Part shown: piece after piece, positions 1-13,285 of the stretch | Position numbering within the stretch: position 1 is the first letter of the stretch | Layout: each line of letters begins with the position of its first letter | Source of the DNA: Nemertoderma westbladi | Taxonomy: Eukaryota > Animalia > Xenacoelomorpha | NCBI GenBank assembly: GCA_032718475.1 | Contig: JAUCBJ010000812.1 | Span: 11,959-75,958, forward strand | DNA: 64,000 bases | Direction: 5' to 3' | Position numbers and translations under genes: made by a program | The notes under the pieces: generated by a model | Databases searched by the model: none | Told to the model about the DNA's origin: nothing | What the model saw: the letters and a program-made list of their open reading frames with translations, nothing else

Positions 1-600
1 TTTCTTGATACACTACAGGTTAGAGAGGCGGGCTATATATAACAATTGCGATTTATATCAATGTGGTGTGTATTGAATCTAATGTTATTTAGTAGACACT
101 ACCTGAGTCAATTGCTGTTCTCTTTATGTGTGATCAAATATACTGACGGTCGGCAGAATAGTGTGCATGATTGTGAGTGTGATGTGACTGGTAACAAAGC
201 ATTTCCTAAAGAATGCGACTTATACTTTAATCATAAGCCTTATCGTTGCGTTTAGTATAAGTCCTAGCTCTGTTTAAATAGATAGAGCGCCACGTCCTAA
301 AGGAACTGTTAATATTTCCCGAAAGTTAATAATATCTGTCAGAAATTACATATTAGCGATCAATCGAATAATACAGTAGGCTTACACTGCAACCTTACAC
401 TGCAATAATAAAATCTAAGCATCCGAATTCAGCCTCCCGGGTGTAGATCCATCGGGTGAATGATCGCGCATGGGCTGGCTTCGGCTAATGTTTTGTTTAT
501 TAGCATAAAATATTGTCGTATGCTAAAGGTGTGTTAATTAACTAAAAGACATATAAATTTTGGCAGGTTAAACTGCTAAAGGTCTTCAAAAGCGCGAACA
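1..600 (+). repeat. 5' LTR of copy A (3' part only)
   Basis: Appears identical to 10711-11310 (same 69-aa spurious ORF at 46 and 10756); the sequences diverge right after ...AACA. Confidence 0.95.
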
Positions 601-615
601 GTAACAGTTTATACT
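601..615 (+). other. Non-tRNA primer-binding site of copy A (GTAACAGTTTATACT)
   Basis: Abuts the LTR end, has no TGG, and is complementary (14 bp with a 1-nt bulge) to AGTATAACTGTTAC inside the LTR (10556-10569 in the 3' LTR copy). Confidence 0.65.
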
Positions 616-2789
616 CTTATTGCAGTAGGCAATAAGGTTGCAAAATACCGTAGTGACTGGTAAAACTGAACCGGTACTTTGTAGGTCAGTAGGCCTAACT
701 GTCATCACCGGTACCGGTACTGCTGTACAAGTACATTTAGTATTATTCGATTTGATTATTGTATACTGGTAGGTCTTAGTACTTAATCAGGGACTGCAGC
801 CCTGAATTTTTTATTGAGATTTTACCTATTTCTGTCGGTTTTATTTCCTAGTAGGCTAATATTCAGCAGAAGGCGTGTGACCCTGCTCAGATTGTTCAGA
901 TAATTGTAGGCTGAGCTGCTGTTTGACTGTTGTTGAGTTTGGAGAGATTGCGGCGTGTGTAGAGTTTGTCTGATAAAGTGCCGTTAGTAAGTTGGGGCAG
1001 CCATATACGGTAAGGTCAATCCCCTCTTAAAGAATAAGTCGTACTACCGTGTTAGAACGCATACTAACTAACAGTTTCAGAGTCTGCATATACTGTAGTT
1101 TATCTAGGCTTGATCGTAGTCTGCCAGTGTTTTAGCCTGAGTTTGTTTGTGTGGTCTGTTCAGGTACCGTAATAGTTATTACTTAAATATTTGTAGGCTG
1201 GATTGTTGTCTAGCTATTTTAGGTCTGAAGGGATTGCTGCGTGTGTAGAGTTGGTCTGATCAAGTGCCGTTAGTAAGTTGGGGCAGCCATATGCGGTAAG
1301 GTCAATCCCCTCTTAAAGAGTAAGTCGTACTACCGTGTTAGAACGCATACTAACTAACAGTTTCAGAATCTGCACATACTGTAGTTTGTTTAGGCTTAAT
1401 AGTAGTCTGCCAGCATTTGGTTTGTATTTGTTTGAGTATTCTGTACGGGTAGCGTAATATTTATTATTCAGAGTTTATGCGATTATTCGCAACATTCATG
1501 TCCCCAAGTTTATTCCTACAGTAATTGTGCTTGTTATACATACCGTTATAGTTAAACTAACCCCGGTACTACATCAGGGCTGCTTGGCGTAGGTAAAGAC
1601 TGACGACATTGTGCATCGGTCACTCCAGCAGATGCCGTGGTTCTTTTAACTGTTCAAGTATATTTAACTACTGATTATTTGTTATACCGGTACTTGTACC
1701 TAATTTAGGGTTTAGTGTACAGTGCTTTCCGAAGTAATTAGTGTAGGCAGTATATTTGTGTTGTAAAGTGGTTGATAGGCACATTCGTTAGCTCTATTAG
1801 CTTCTGGGTAGGAACAATCCGTGATACATAACGTAGTACCTATAGCGATACGGTTATAGGTCGTCAGGCGGTGGTATTTTCCTATCTGGACAGTACAATA
1901 TATTTACTACTTATTATTTCAAATACCGTAGTACCCTGTCCGTTGTAATAACCAGAAATCTAACCCTTTGTTGGACTGGTTTGTAGACTTCCTGTAAAAT
2001 TACCCTAAAAATTTCGTACGTAATATTTTGTTGTATTTAATTAGAGAATTAATCTCACCCGTATCGTAAGTAATTTGTAGTATTAAGTAACTTAGGTAAA
2101 TTAGAATTATCAGTTTTAGTGTCAAATAAATAGCACTTCACTGAGAGGCGTTCAGCTTCTGTGTAGTGACTCCCCCAGAAATAATAACATTTATTTCAAA
2201 TATTGACAAAAACCCATATAACGGGTATATAAATATTATAAATCAAATCAAACGATTTATAAATAGTAGGCCTGTCATACAACAACTAGGTCTCACTACC
2301 AGTTGGACTACTGCTTAAACAACGGTAATAAAGTAAGTTAAAGTAACTAAGTAACCTTAAAATATTCAGAAATTCAATTATTCTAAAAATAATTGACATA
2401 CCGGTACTTACTATAGGCTTATTATATTTATTTCTATAAATTTGAGCTGAAATCATACCGGTATTCTGTAATTAATTTTAGTTCATAATTATACTTTATA
2501 TATTATAAGTGTAAGCTGTATACCGGTATCCACGATAGGCCTATTATATATTTATATATTTATATATATATTTGTGCTAAATTTATACACCGGTACTCTG
2601 TGGCAAATCTAGTCTGTAATAATACTTATATATACTATAAGCATACCGGTATTCTGATATAATATATATATATCCCGCTATATTAAGTAGCAGTATCGGT
2701 AATTAATTATTAGGCTAGCAGTGATACTGAATTACTAGACTTGCTTTAACTGTATTTATAGCTGTAGGCATTCGACTGTGTAAACAAAC

Positions 2790-5700
2790 ATGTCGGACAC
2801 AACCCAATCACTGTCGGATAGTCTTTTGGAAAGTGTTAGAATGACTGTTAGACAGTGTCTTAAAAATATCAGTGACCCAGATCCCAGTATAGAACATCCT
2901 AGATCCAAGTCTAAGTCACCTCCTGCTGTAAGAAAGGCCATCCCTACCGTAGTAGTGTCAGACCCTAGACTAGTAGAACACCGTAGGTCTATCATCGGCA
3001 CTCGGGCCCAAGTCAAGCGGGATCAAGAAGCAGCTATCAAACAGCAGCAACCTCCTAGCCCAGAACCTAGTTCTCAGCGGCCCGATGGCTCCAGTTGTTC
3101 GGATACTGCTGAGCGGAGACCCGAACGCGGAGCGAAGATGGCGGATACGGTTTATGATGAGCGACCAACCTTTGAAGAATCAACCGACGCTGCTTCTCCT
3201 CAAGTGGAAAGCGAAGTGGAAAGCGAAGTGGAAAGCGAAGTGGAAAGCGAATTAACAGCAGCAGAGAAGCCGCGAACTAGAGATGCCATTGACATCTATC
3301 TGTCAGACTATCAGCGATTCATAGGAGACGAAGAGTTGAGGAGACGACTGTCTGGACTTCGCCCTAATAGTGAAGGAACCAAGCTTGTGTTGGACGCACT
3401 CGATGCTGAAATGTTAGCTGCAAACCAAGCTGAATGTGATGAAAAACTCCGCCTCACTAGAGTCCGAGAAGAACAAATAAAGAAAAGAAGGATAGAGGAA
3501 CAAAAAACGGCGGCTATGGCGGAGGCTATAGCAGATGCAGAAGCAGAAAGAAAGGCAGCGGCGGCAGAAGTAGAAGCAGAAAGAAATGCAGCGGCGGCAG
3601 AAGTAGAAGCAGAAAGAAAAGCAGCAAAGGCAGTGGCAGCAGCAGAAAGGAGAGCATCTGAGCAGACTACCCAACTGGAGTTGGAGAATCTGCAAGAGAC
3701 ACAAGACAGTATAACTAAACAGTTTACTGCTAATCAAATGCAGATGATGAGAAAATCTACTCCCAAGCGCCAGGGGTACACATCATCGGAGGAAGGCGAT
3801 ACTACCGACCCTGAAGGCGGTGGAGATAGATCTCATCTAAGTAGGCGTAGAAAAACATATTACCGTCGTAAATTGCCTGATTTGCCCCCAGCTGTTAAAA
3901 GACAGCTAACTAGCACAGATTTAGGTAGTGCAGAACCCATGGAACAATTTATCCAGGTCAAAAGACTCCCTACTATAGTCGATGAACCTGAAATAATTAG
4001 GCCTGTAGTTCCCAAAGTCACTTCTGTGCTAGAGACCCCTACACTTCCAGAGCTTAACTCTAAATTCCCTTTACATAGCACTACACTGCCTGTACCCGGT
4101 GGAACAGTCCATGCAAATACCCCTGTCCAGATAGCAGAGAGAGAAATCCATAATTTGTCTCCCGTCGTCCCGCGTCAGCGACGATGTTGGCGACTCCCGC
4201 TTCGGCGGTTGAGTGGGTGGAAGAGGGACGGCGGGGGATGAATCTCCTGCTAGGACAGATGCAGGAGACTGTCCACCAACTTAAGGGAACAGTGAGGGAA
4301 GGTAGAGCAGAGTTGCAAGAAGTGCAGCAAAGTATCGCGCTAGAACGCGACAAATTAGTCAATATACAAAAAGGTATACCAATGCCCCCTGTAACATTGT
4401 GTCAACCCGTTAGGTCTGAAGTATTACATGTGCAAGGTGTGGAGCCTACACGCATCTATACTGCTAGTGAAGTTGAAACTCCTATAGCAAACCCTATTAA
4501 GGGTGATTATAGACCTGTTATTAATGATATTCCCTATAGACCTGATAATGATCCGAGAAATTTGTATACCGATAATTCGATATTAAATAACACGATGGCC
4601 CAAGAAAGCTTTACGCGTCAGATGGCTAGAACAGAAGCCCGCCAAGCGGTCAAAGTGGGAGAGATCGTCAAATTCAATGGAGATGAGATGAAATGGTTAC
4701 CTTTCAACGAATATTACAAAGATAGCATACAGAACTCTGTACTATCTAACGGAGAGAAACTTAGATTCCTCATCAAGTACTTGGAAGGACCTCCCAAGTT
4801 AATGGCGTTAAAGTTTATTGGACATCCAGATGGATTAAGACAAGTTTGGGATACATTAAACATCAGGTATGGTAACAAGGATAACATAGCTAAGTATTTG
4901 TATGCAAAATTAGTAGCCCCCCGACACTTCCTTAGTAGCGAGATTATAGAGTTTGCCGATGAGATTCAAGAGATCTGTAGACAACTGGACTGGTTAGGTA
5001 AGTCGCATGAATATCAGAGTTCCATGGTCCTTGGAGCCGTAGTCTCTACTTTACCAAAGGGTGGAGTATGTACACGCTGGGACAAGAAAGTGTTGTACAT
5101 GAATGAACAACAACGACGAAGTCCTACCATGGCTGACCTCATGTCCTTCTTAGATAGTGAAGTAAAATTACAACTCATAAGGCAGTCCAGAGAGAAAACA
5201 TCGGAAAATAAGGTAAGTGAGAAACCCGTTTCTAGGAGAAGGATAATACCAGTGTGTTATACTGACGACGGCGAAAGCCAAGCTTCTCAAGAAGAGGACA
5301 GCAGGAAAGACACAGCAAAATCTTACTATGACAACAAGACCTATAAAGACGTAAGTAAATACAAGTCTCGAACCAGTGACAGGAGAGAACAGGTAACAAC
5401 AACTCCTCCTACGTCTCCTAAGAGAATTCACGGAAGAAAGCCCGAAGAAAGAACGAGAGTGCAGAACGTTAACCAAGTTAAGGTGAGTAACATCAAACCA
5501 AAATGTGCGCTGTGCGACGGGCCCCACCGTTTGAGTGCGTGTGCTGAATTTCTAAAGAAATCCCCTGTAGACAGACGTACAGTCCTGTGGAATAAGCGGT
5601 TATGCTATAATTGCCTCAGATCAGGACACCAACGGCGAACCTGTTACTCCGACGTAAAGTGTGCAAAGTGTGGCGCGAAACATCACATCTTGTTACACAG

Positions 5701-6931
5701 TGAGTTCGAACGAGACAACCCGAGTCAGGTAAGTGAGCCCGAACTACATGTCCAATTCAGTGATGTGAACGACACTGACCAAGGTTCTGAGTGGGAAGGA
5801 TTCTATACAGACGAATTCTCCGATGCCAACGAATCCTGTTATCTAATAAATACCACAGTGTATCGAGCACTTACGAATGAAAAGGACACTGACGAGTTTA
5901 CTCCAACTCCTTTTGACAAACAACCATCTTGGAAAGTTCCAACTTCCAACATAGGAATAAGAGAATTTCCTGTAGTGCAAGTTCGAGTTCATGGTCCCAA
6001 CAAGAGTTACATAGTGAACGCCCTACTTGACTCCGGCAGCACAGGAACATTCATCGATCAAGAACTAGCCGAAGATATCTTTGCTGGACAACCCAAATTC
6101 CGGACTAAATTGAATATGTCAGGAATTATGCAGGTTTGGAAATCTACCCTAACGGCAGATTACTATGTAGGTGTGTTGTCCACCCCCCAGGATAAATTAG
6201 GAGCACAAAGTATAAGGTCAGTAAAAATGGTGGCTATAAAGAACTTCGCTACTACCCAAGCAGACCTTTATAATTGGGACGAGGATGAGTGCATCCAACA
6301 TCTTGAGATACCTCGATTCCAAACCGATTATCCTGGAGTGCAAATACTCATCGGCCAAAACGCGCATGAGGCGCTCGAGCCATTAGAGAAACGGCCTGCT
6401 CAACCACAGCCACTACAAACCTATGCGGTAAGAACTAGAGTAGGTTGGTACTTCACTGGCCCTTCCCGTAGAACTCTCAAAGAGAGATTACCTCAACAAC
6501 AGGTATACCAAGTAAAGGGGGAAGTGGAGAGCAGTGATGTGGACGATCCAACTGAGGGAACACCATACTCCTCAGATAATGACGATATTAACTCCAATGT
6601 AGATCAATGGAGACATTGCCTTGAGACGATTAATCCAGCCAACATCGCTTCCAGAGGAGCAACTCCTCAAGAACTGATAGATACTCCAGGCTGGTTAGGT
6701 GGATCCGACTCCTTAAGTAAAGAAGAAGAAGAATGGCCTCCTCATCTTACCACGGCAGAGAGTAGACAGGCCAAGGGAGCGGAGAAACTAACACAACAAC
6801 TCAATCGCCCAGCTGGTCGTTTATGTTTACTGGAAAGAGACCGAAAACTGTCCGGAAACTATGGAAGGCAAGATACTCTTCCTACGACCACTTCCCTAAT
6901 CCGACAAATATCTAGGGACTCTATAACGTAA
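2790..6931 (+). pseudogene. gag-protease with deleted pol (copy A); frameshift near 4176
   Basis: ORFs 2790-4241 and 4184-6931 align to copy B gag-pol: capsid-like IVKFNGDEMKWLPF..EKLRFL, three Pao-type Cys/His knuckles, protease ALLDSGS. The protein then jumps to QWRHC..NPANIASRG and then to the C-terminal LNRP.GRLCLLE. Confidence 0.9.
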
Positions 6932-8553
6932 TAACATATGGAGTGGGCGTGTGGCTATATCATTTTATATTTGTTTTTATTTTATATTTATGTATGTATT
7001 ATTATGTAATTTTATTATAATCGTTTTCTTTAATTTTATTTAGTAAAATGTTATTTTAGAAAATTTAGTAAATTAGTGCAATATATTAGTGTTTATTACG
7101 TACATAATTACTTATAATATATATTTAGTGCGACGGCGAGAAATAATTATTTTCTCTTCCCTTACTGTCCGTATCATATTATAAATACGTGACTACAGTA
7201 AGATGAAATGTCCGTACTTATTAAAGTACAATAAAGCTCCTACTGTATTTAAGTATTATTGGTAGGCAGAGTATTAGGAATGCAAAGTTCAGATCCTCGT
7301 GTCTCGGCTAAACCAAGCTCTGGGTAGACCTTGGAAACGACTTGCCTCTTCACACTGACATTGCTTCGTGCGATATTGCTCTCATACCGTATATTAAATA
7401 ATACATATAGTAGCGTGATGTCCCTTTAACAGTAGCGTATAACGCAAAATAAATCTGTTAAACTTTTGACCATCTGTAATTCTAGTCGATTAAGATATCG
7501 TGGCACCCACCGATATACTTGAAAGACAAATTCTAGAATCAGTGGTTAACGTCCCCAGACAAGTTCTGGAATAAATCGGTGCCCATCCTAAATATTAATT
7601 TAATATTTTGTTAAAATCTGTAAAATCCCGATCCTTTAAAATTTCTAGTCAATTAAGATATCGCAGTATTTACCGATATTCTTAGAAGGACTATTTTATA
7701 GAATTAAGGATCCTAAGTCCCCAGATATGCTCTGGAATAAAATTTATGTCAATTTAATATCAAATAATAAAATTCACGGGAATAAATTTAAATTCATATT
7801 CAAATGAATTTCATAAATTGTCATTTTGTACAATTTATAACATTCCCAAAATTCCAGTAATTAATAGATCATGGGAGCGGAGTTTCATATTGAGTGTACT
7901 AGAGTGTGAGAATCTCCAACATATAGTCAATAGCCGATAAAATTTATAAAATCATGCATAAAGAGGATATTGACAATTAAAGAATTACTATTAAATAACA
8001 TCCCAGATCTGTATGCATGAGGATTGCCCTAATTCTACCGCTAGTTTTCCATAATGTCACCATGGCAACACCCACGCTAGAATTAGAAACAAGTTAAAGG
8101 ACCAATAAAAGCTTGCCCCATTGCGTAGCATAAGAGTATACATAGCGCACTATTAGTATCCAAGGATACATAGTAATAACGTGACATTCTGGAAGACACT
8201 GACTAACGGACAAATGGCATGCATGTGTGCAATAAGTAATGATTGTATGGAATTTGTGCGTTTATAGGTGAATGTTACTACTAAAGTGTGTTTACAGTAG
8301 CTAATCGCAATTGTAAAATAGCCCTAACTCTACCAAGATAACCTCAAGTGGATTCAAGCCTTTGGGACGGACAGTGGTGGGACTTGTGCCGGTTATCGTT
8401 GTCGTGCTGTTGCTACATGTTGGCGTAAACACTGCGACAGTGGTACATCGGCGCTGAGAAACCCACTGTCCGGGGGCAAAGCCTAGTAGGCAGCGACGCC
8501 CGCTTGCCTAAAATATTAACTCATATTGATATTAATAAACTCAGATAGCAGAT

Positions 8554-10002
8554 ATGACGGAATTGATAGAAGATGACCTTGGTATTAGAGAGCGATATAA
8601 TCTACCTTTGCAAGCGTTTGTGGATAGCTTGATACGCGGTGAAGCCGATCCAACTATTACGGAGGACGATGGTTGTTATATCGAACCGCCGATGTCCCAG
8701 GAACAACTTACGCGTGAAGCGGAATATAGAAAATTCACCGCTCGCTATACGAATCGCAATGGTACGTATATGGACTTCCTAACTACCGGCCATCCTATCG
8801 ATTTACATGATACGGACGATGTAGACACCGAAAGGGAAATGGTTCTATTTAAATATCATACCCAGCGGCGTCGTAACGATAAAACGAGAATAGATCACGA
8901 AAATTCTATTCGTAACAGACTGGGAAGACGAACCAATATGTCTAGAATCTGAGGAGATTCAGCCTATCGCGCTCGGAACAGCGACAACGATTACATCCTA
9001 GAATGGTATCAAAGTCCACAGTGTCTCACTGCGTACGATTATCGCCATGCCAACTATGTTTCTCGGCAACGTTGTCGGTTATGCGCATCGAGAGACCATG
9101 TTACGCCCATGGACACAAACGTCCGCTGTTCCTATTTCCACGAACAACCGGCGATGGAAATTTATTGCGCGTATTGCAGATTTAATAATTTGCACATTTT
9201 TGCGGTTTGCCCTCAATTTATGACTCAATGTCACCATTGTCAACTAAAGGGACATGCCAGTTTCGATTGCCCTTTTAATCACGATTTGGAAAGCGTAGAT
9301 GAAATGATCACACTACGTTACATCAGAGCTTGGGAAGCGAACACTGATTTATATTGTGATTCACGCCATCGCTATTATCCTGGACGCGCCTACGAAGGAG
9401 TTTATGCGTTCCATCCATATTTGTTTGCCTCCGTCGAGCAGAAATCGCGCCTATCAAGTTATGAACTATTGAAGCGCGTTGGAGAATGTATTTCAACCAA
9501 ATATGTACGCAAATTCCTCAGGAGCATTAATCCGAGTGACATCAATTCGTATAACTTAATAAACTTTATCCGTCAAGATCCGGCCTATGGAGACTTATTT
9601 GTCAACTCACACCCTGAGTTACAGGAAGTATATCGATGGCCTTACGAGTACAGAGCCCGCGAACGCGAGTTGGAAGGAGCCGTTGGACCAAGGAAGTTTC
9701 TAACTGCCTATGGTCCACCCACGGCCCTCGTTCAGACCACTCGTAAAGGACCCGTAAGAGCGGCTGTCTTGAAACGAGCTCTCAAAGCCGTTAGACCCCT
9801 CTCCCCGGACGTTGATGTCAGTCGGCCCGGTGCTTCGACTGGCGGGTATACCGATCGCAATCCCATACCTTCTGATGCAATCATATTGCACTCTTCACCC
9901 AGGAGTTATAGCCCTCCTCGTAAAGTGGCTCGCCCCAAAGAGAAAAGGACTCTTGCTAGCTTTAAAAAACTGCGTAAACGCCGTCCGCGCAAGAAAGACT
10001 AA
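8554..10002 (+). pseudogene. Internally deleted ORF2 of copy A (N-terminus plus C-terminal zinc-knuckle part)
   Basis: 8554-8920 matches the start of 52169-54685 and 8924-10002 matches the end of 54532-56421; the junction is at the shared sequence GAAGACG. Confidence 0.9.
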
Positions 10003-10072
10003 CTGTTTAGAGTATTTTTATATTTTAGAAACTGTGATTTTGTATATTTTATAGACTTAAATCCCATTTTCT

Positions 10073-10080
10073 GGGAGCGG
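10073..10080 (+). other. Polypurine tract of copy A (GGGAGCGG)
   Basis: Directly abuts the TG of the 3' LTR; identical in copy B (56492-56499). Confidence 0.75.
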
Positions 10081-11310
10081 TGTAAAAGCTTCTGTGGGAT
10101 CTAACTGGCCCCTTTTGCTTCGCAATCCAGTTTCCCCCCAGGCGCTGGAATACTCTAAAAAGGTTCTCTAACTGTATATATATTCCCCTCGCCCGCAAGG
10201 TACCGTTACAGGTGTTTTAACGGACATAAAAGTCATTCTGCTATATACGTGTTTTGGCGGACATGGTAAGGCAAAAAACCTGCAATGCACCAACTACCTT
10301 TCACAGCTTAGCCGTGATGATTCATATTACGACATCTAACAGCTGGTTGCTGACATGGAAACAGCCAGTGGATGCATGGTTCTTTGTTTGGCTTGAGCCA
10401 ATCAGAGCGATTTTTCCTGTCGACGTGTAGCTTTTCGGCCGATCATAAGGAGAGTGTTCAGTCTTACTGTTTTCACTTGATACTTTGTTGTTATTGCTGT
10501 CTAAGCCAGAAACACCGGCTCTAAGAACTCTAGTAAAACTGCTTAGATTATAGAAAGTATAACTGTTACCGGCGGTGTTACCTCACTTAATTTAACTGCA
10601 CTAATCATATTGTTTGTACTGCTATTTACCGTCAGTTATTAATTGTATCTATTTGTTGATGGAAATATTGCTCTTTGGAGAATACGGATAAATCACCCAA
10701 AATTCCCAATTTTCTTGATACACTACAGGTTAGAGAGGCGGGCTATATATAACAATTGCGATTTATATCAATGTGGTGTGTATTGAATCTAATGTTATTT
10801 AGTAGACACTACCTGAGTCAATTGCTGTTCTCTTTATGTGTGATCAAATATACTGACGGTCGGCAGAATAGTGTGCATGATTGTGAGTGTGATGTGACTG
10901 GTAACAAAGCATTTCCTAAAGAATGCGACTTATACTTTAATCATAAGCCTTATCGTTGCGTTTAGTATAAGTCCTAGCTCTGTTTAAATAGATAGAGCGC
11001 CACGTCCTAAAGGAACTGTTAATATTTCCCGAAAGTTAATAATATCTGTCAGAAATTACATATTAGCGATCAATCGAATAATACAGTAGGCTTACACTGC
11101 AACCTTACACTGCAATAATAAAATCTAAGCATCCGAATTCAGCCTCCCGGGTGTAGATCCATCGGGTGAATGATCGCGCATGGGCTGGCTTCGGCTAATG
11201 TTTTGTTTATTAGCATAAAATATTGTCGTATGCTAAAGGTGTGTTAATTAACTAAAAGACATATAAATTTTGGCAGGTTAAACTGCTAAAGGTCTTCAAA
11301 AGCGCGAACA
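10081..11310 (+). repeat. 3' LTR of copy A (1230 bp, TG...CA)
   Basis: Starts TGTAAAAGCTT like the copy B LTR, ends AACA, and follows the PPT. Confidence 0.93.
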
Positions 11311-11859
11311 GAACTTATTATGAAAATATTAATTAGCTGTATTAGAACAACAACAACAATAAGAACATTTCATATTTAAGTGATAAACCATTTCGTATTA
11401 AGGGGAGTAATACAGGCATTTTTACCATACAAACTGCTATTAAGCCTCGGTACCATTTTAGAACGCATCAGATTACTTATAGGCCAACTATTCTTGCATT
11501 CCAACCGGAATTTAATGGGCTTTCTGGTGAACCAATTTTTTTTTAATTTCAAATTTTTTTTCATATATATATTTAGCTTATTTTTGGAAAAATGACTTAA
11601 TTTTCAAAAAAAAAATAGGCAAATAAGTTAGTGTCACAAACATTAAAATTACAATTCGTTGTTTATGCGTACATTATATTAAAAAACTAATTGGTTTACG
11701 TTATTCTACGGTAAAAAATCATCCTGGTGAGAAAGTTTCAAGTCTATAACTCAAACAGCAGCTGAGAAACATTTACCGAAAGAATTCTAAAAACTCACTT
11801 TGAGAAAAATCCAGTTAACATTTGAACCTTCCCGCGCAAAAACTGTGCGCAAAAATATC

Positions 11860-12098
11860 GTTTGTCTGTATGTCTGTCTGCCGGCATTTATGACTATCCG
11901 ACAATCTGTCCGTCAAATATAAGAAAAGGGCATACAATCTAGTTAAAAGTTTAGCTAGAGGGGTTTTCCCGGTCGCAGAATTCATTCGAGTGTCATTTTA
12001 ACGACTTCCAAATTGTCTGTTTGGCAATCAGTCTGTGGGTTATATTTTGACGGACAGACTGACAGGCTCTGACGGACAGGCATACAGACAGAAACAAA
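11860..12098. repeat. Imperfect inverted repeat with GTCT/GACA microsatellite arms (Helentron/HINE-like end)
   Basis: TCTGTCCGTCAAATATAA (~11905) mirrors TTATATTTTGACGGACAGA (~12040); TGTCTGTATG mirrors CATACAGACA. Confidence 0.5.
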
Positions 12099-12100
12099 GA

Positions 12101-13285
12101 GCTACCCCTTTTGCAACAGATAGGAGTAGCGCCCATCGCTACCTTTTGGGTAGCAGATAGGAGTAGCGCATACCCCTACCTTTGGGTAGCAGATAGGAGT
12201 AGCTTCCACCCCTACCCTCGGGTAGCAGATAGGAGTAGTGCCCACTACTACCGTTATGTAGCAGATAGGAGTAGCGCCCACCCCTACCTTCGCGTAGCAG
12301 ATAGGAGTAGCGCCCACCCCTACCTTCGGGCAGCAGATAGGAGTAGCGCCCACCCCTACCTTGGGGTAGCAGATAGGAGTAGCGCCCACCCCTACCTTCG
12401 GGTAGCAGATAGGAGTAACGCCCACCCCTACCTTCGGGCAGCAGATAGGAGTAGCGCCCACCCCTACCCTCAGGTAGCAGATAGGAGTAGCGCCCACCCC
12501 TACCTTCGGGCAGCAGATAGGAGTAGCGCCCACCCCTACCCCCAGGTAGCAGATAGGAGTAGCGCCAACCCCTACCTTCGTGTAACAGATAGGAGTAGCG
12601 CCCAACCTTACCTTCGGGTAGCAGATAGGTGTAGCGCCCACCCCTACCTTCGAGTAGCAGATAGGAGTAGCGCCCACCCCTACCTTCGGGTAGCAGATAG
12701 GAGTAGCGATCACCCCTACCTTCGGGTAGCAGATAGGAGTAGCGCCCACCCCTACCTTCGGGTATCAGATAGGAGTAGCACCCACCCCTACCCTCGGTTA
12801 GCAGATAGGAGTAGCGCCCACCCCTACCTTGGGTTAACAGATAGGAGTAGCGCCCACCCCTACCTTCGGGTATCAGATAGGAGTAGCGCCCACCCCTACC
12901 TTGGGTTAGCAGATAGGAGTAGCGCCCACCCCTACCTTCGGGTATCAGATAGGAGTAGCGCCCACCGCTACCTTCGGGTAGCAGATAAGAGCAGCGTCCA
13001 CCTTTACCTTCGGGTAGCAGATAGGAGTAGCGCCCACCCCTACCTTCGGGTAGCAAATAGGAGTAGCGCCACCCCTACCTTCGGGTAGCAGATAGGAGTA
13101 GCGCCCACTCCTACCTTCGGGTAGCAGATACAGTAGGAGTAGCGCCCACCCCTACCTTCGGGTAGCAGATAGGAGTAGAGCCCACCCCTACCTTCGGGTA
13201 GCAAATAGGAGTAGCGCCCACCCCTACCTTCGGGTAGCAGATAGGGGCAGCGCCCACCTTTACCTTCGGGTAGCAGATATGAGTA
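12101..13285. repeat. 36-bp minisatellite (GTAGCAGATAGGAGTAGCGCCCACCCCTACCTTCGG)n, ~32 copies
   Basis: Read directly; produces the 12-aa periodic spurious ORFs on both strands. Confidence 0.97.

Larger units (their letters stand above)
1..11310 (+). mobile_element. BEL/Pao LTR retrotransposon copy A, internally deleted and non-autonomous; 5' end lies upstream of the window
   Basis: 1-600 repeats at 10711-11310 (LTR pair, ends ...GCGAACA). The interior is colinear with copy B (38939-57674) but lacks most of RT/RNase H, integrase and the middle of ORF2. Confidence 0.93.

Noticed and set aside
46-255. Duplicated 69-aa ORF (also 10756-10965) and the 67-aa ORF pair 33109/60444
   Set aside because: Non-ATG starts within repeats; the LTR ORF is not preserved in the copy B LTR, and there are no recognisable motifs.
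417-493. HDV-like or hammerhead ribozyme in the LTR
   Set aside because: P1/P3 of the HDV fold cannot be formed and there is no CUGANGA/GAAA core; kept only as an unclassified structure.
987-1080. GTAAGT...TACTAAC..TTTCAG mini-intron in the copy A leader repeats
   Set aside because: Donor and acceptor are not conserved in the copy B repeats.
12102-13088. Long ORFs in three frames; CRISPR-like periodicity
   Set aside because: Pure 36-bp tandem repeat with no unique spacers and no cas genes, in a eukaryotic context; the ORFs are artefacts of a stop-poor unit.
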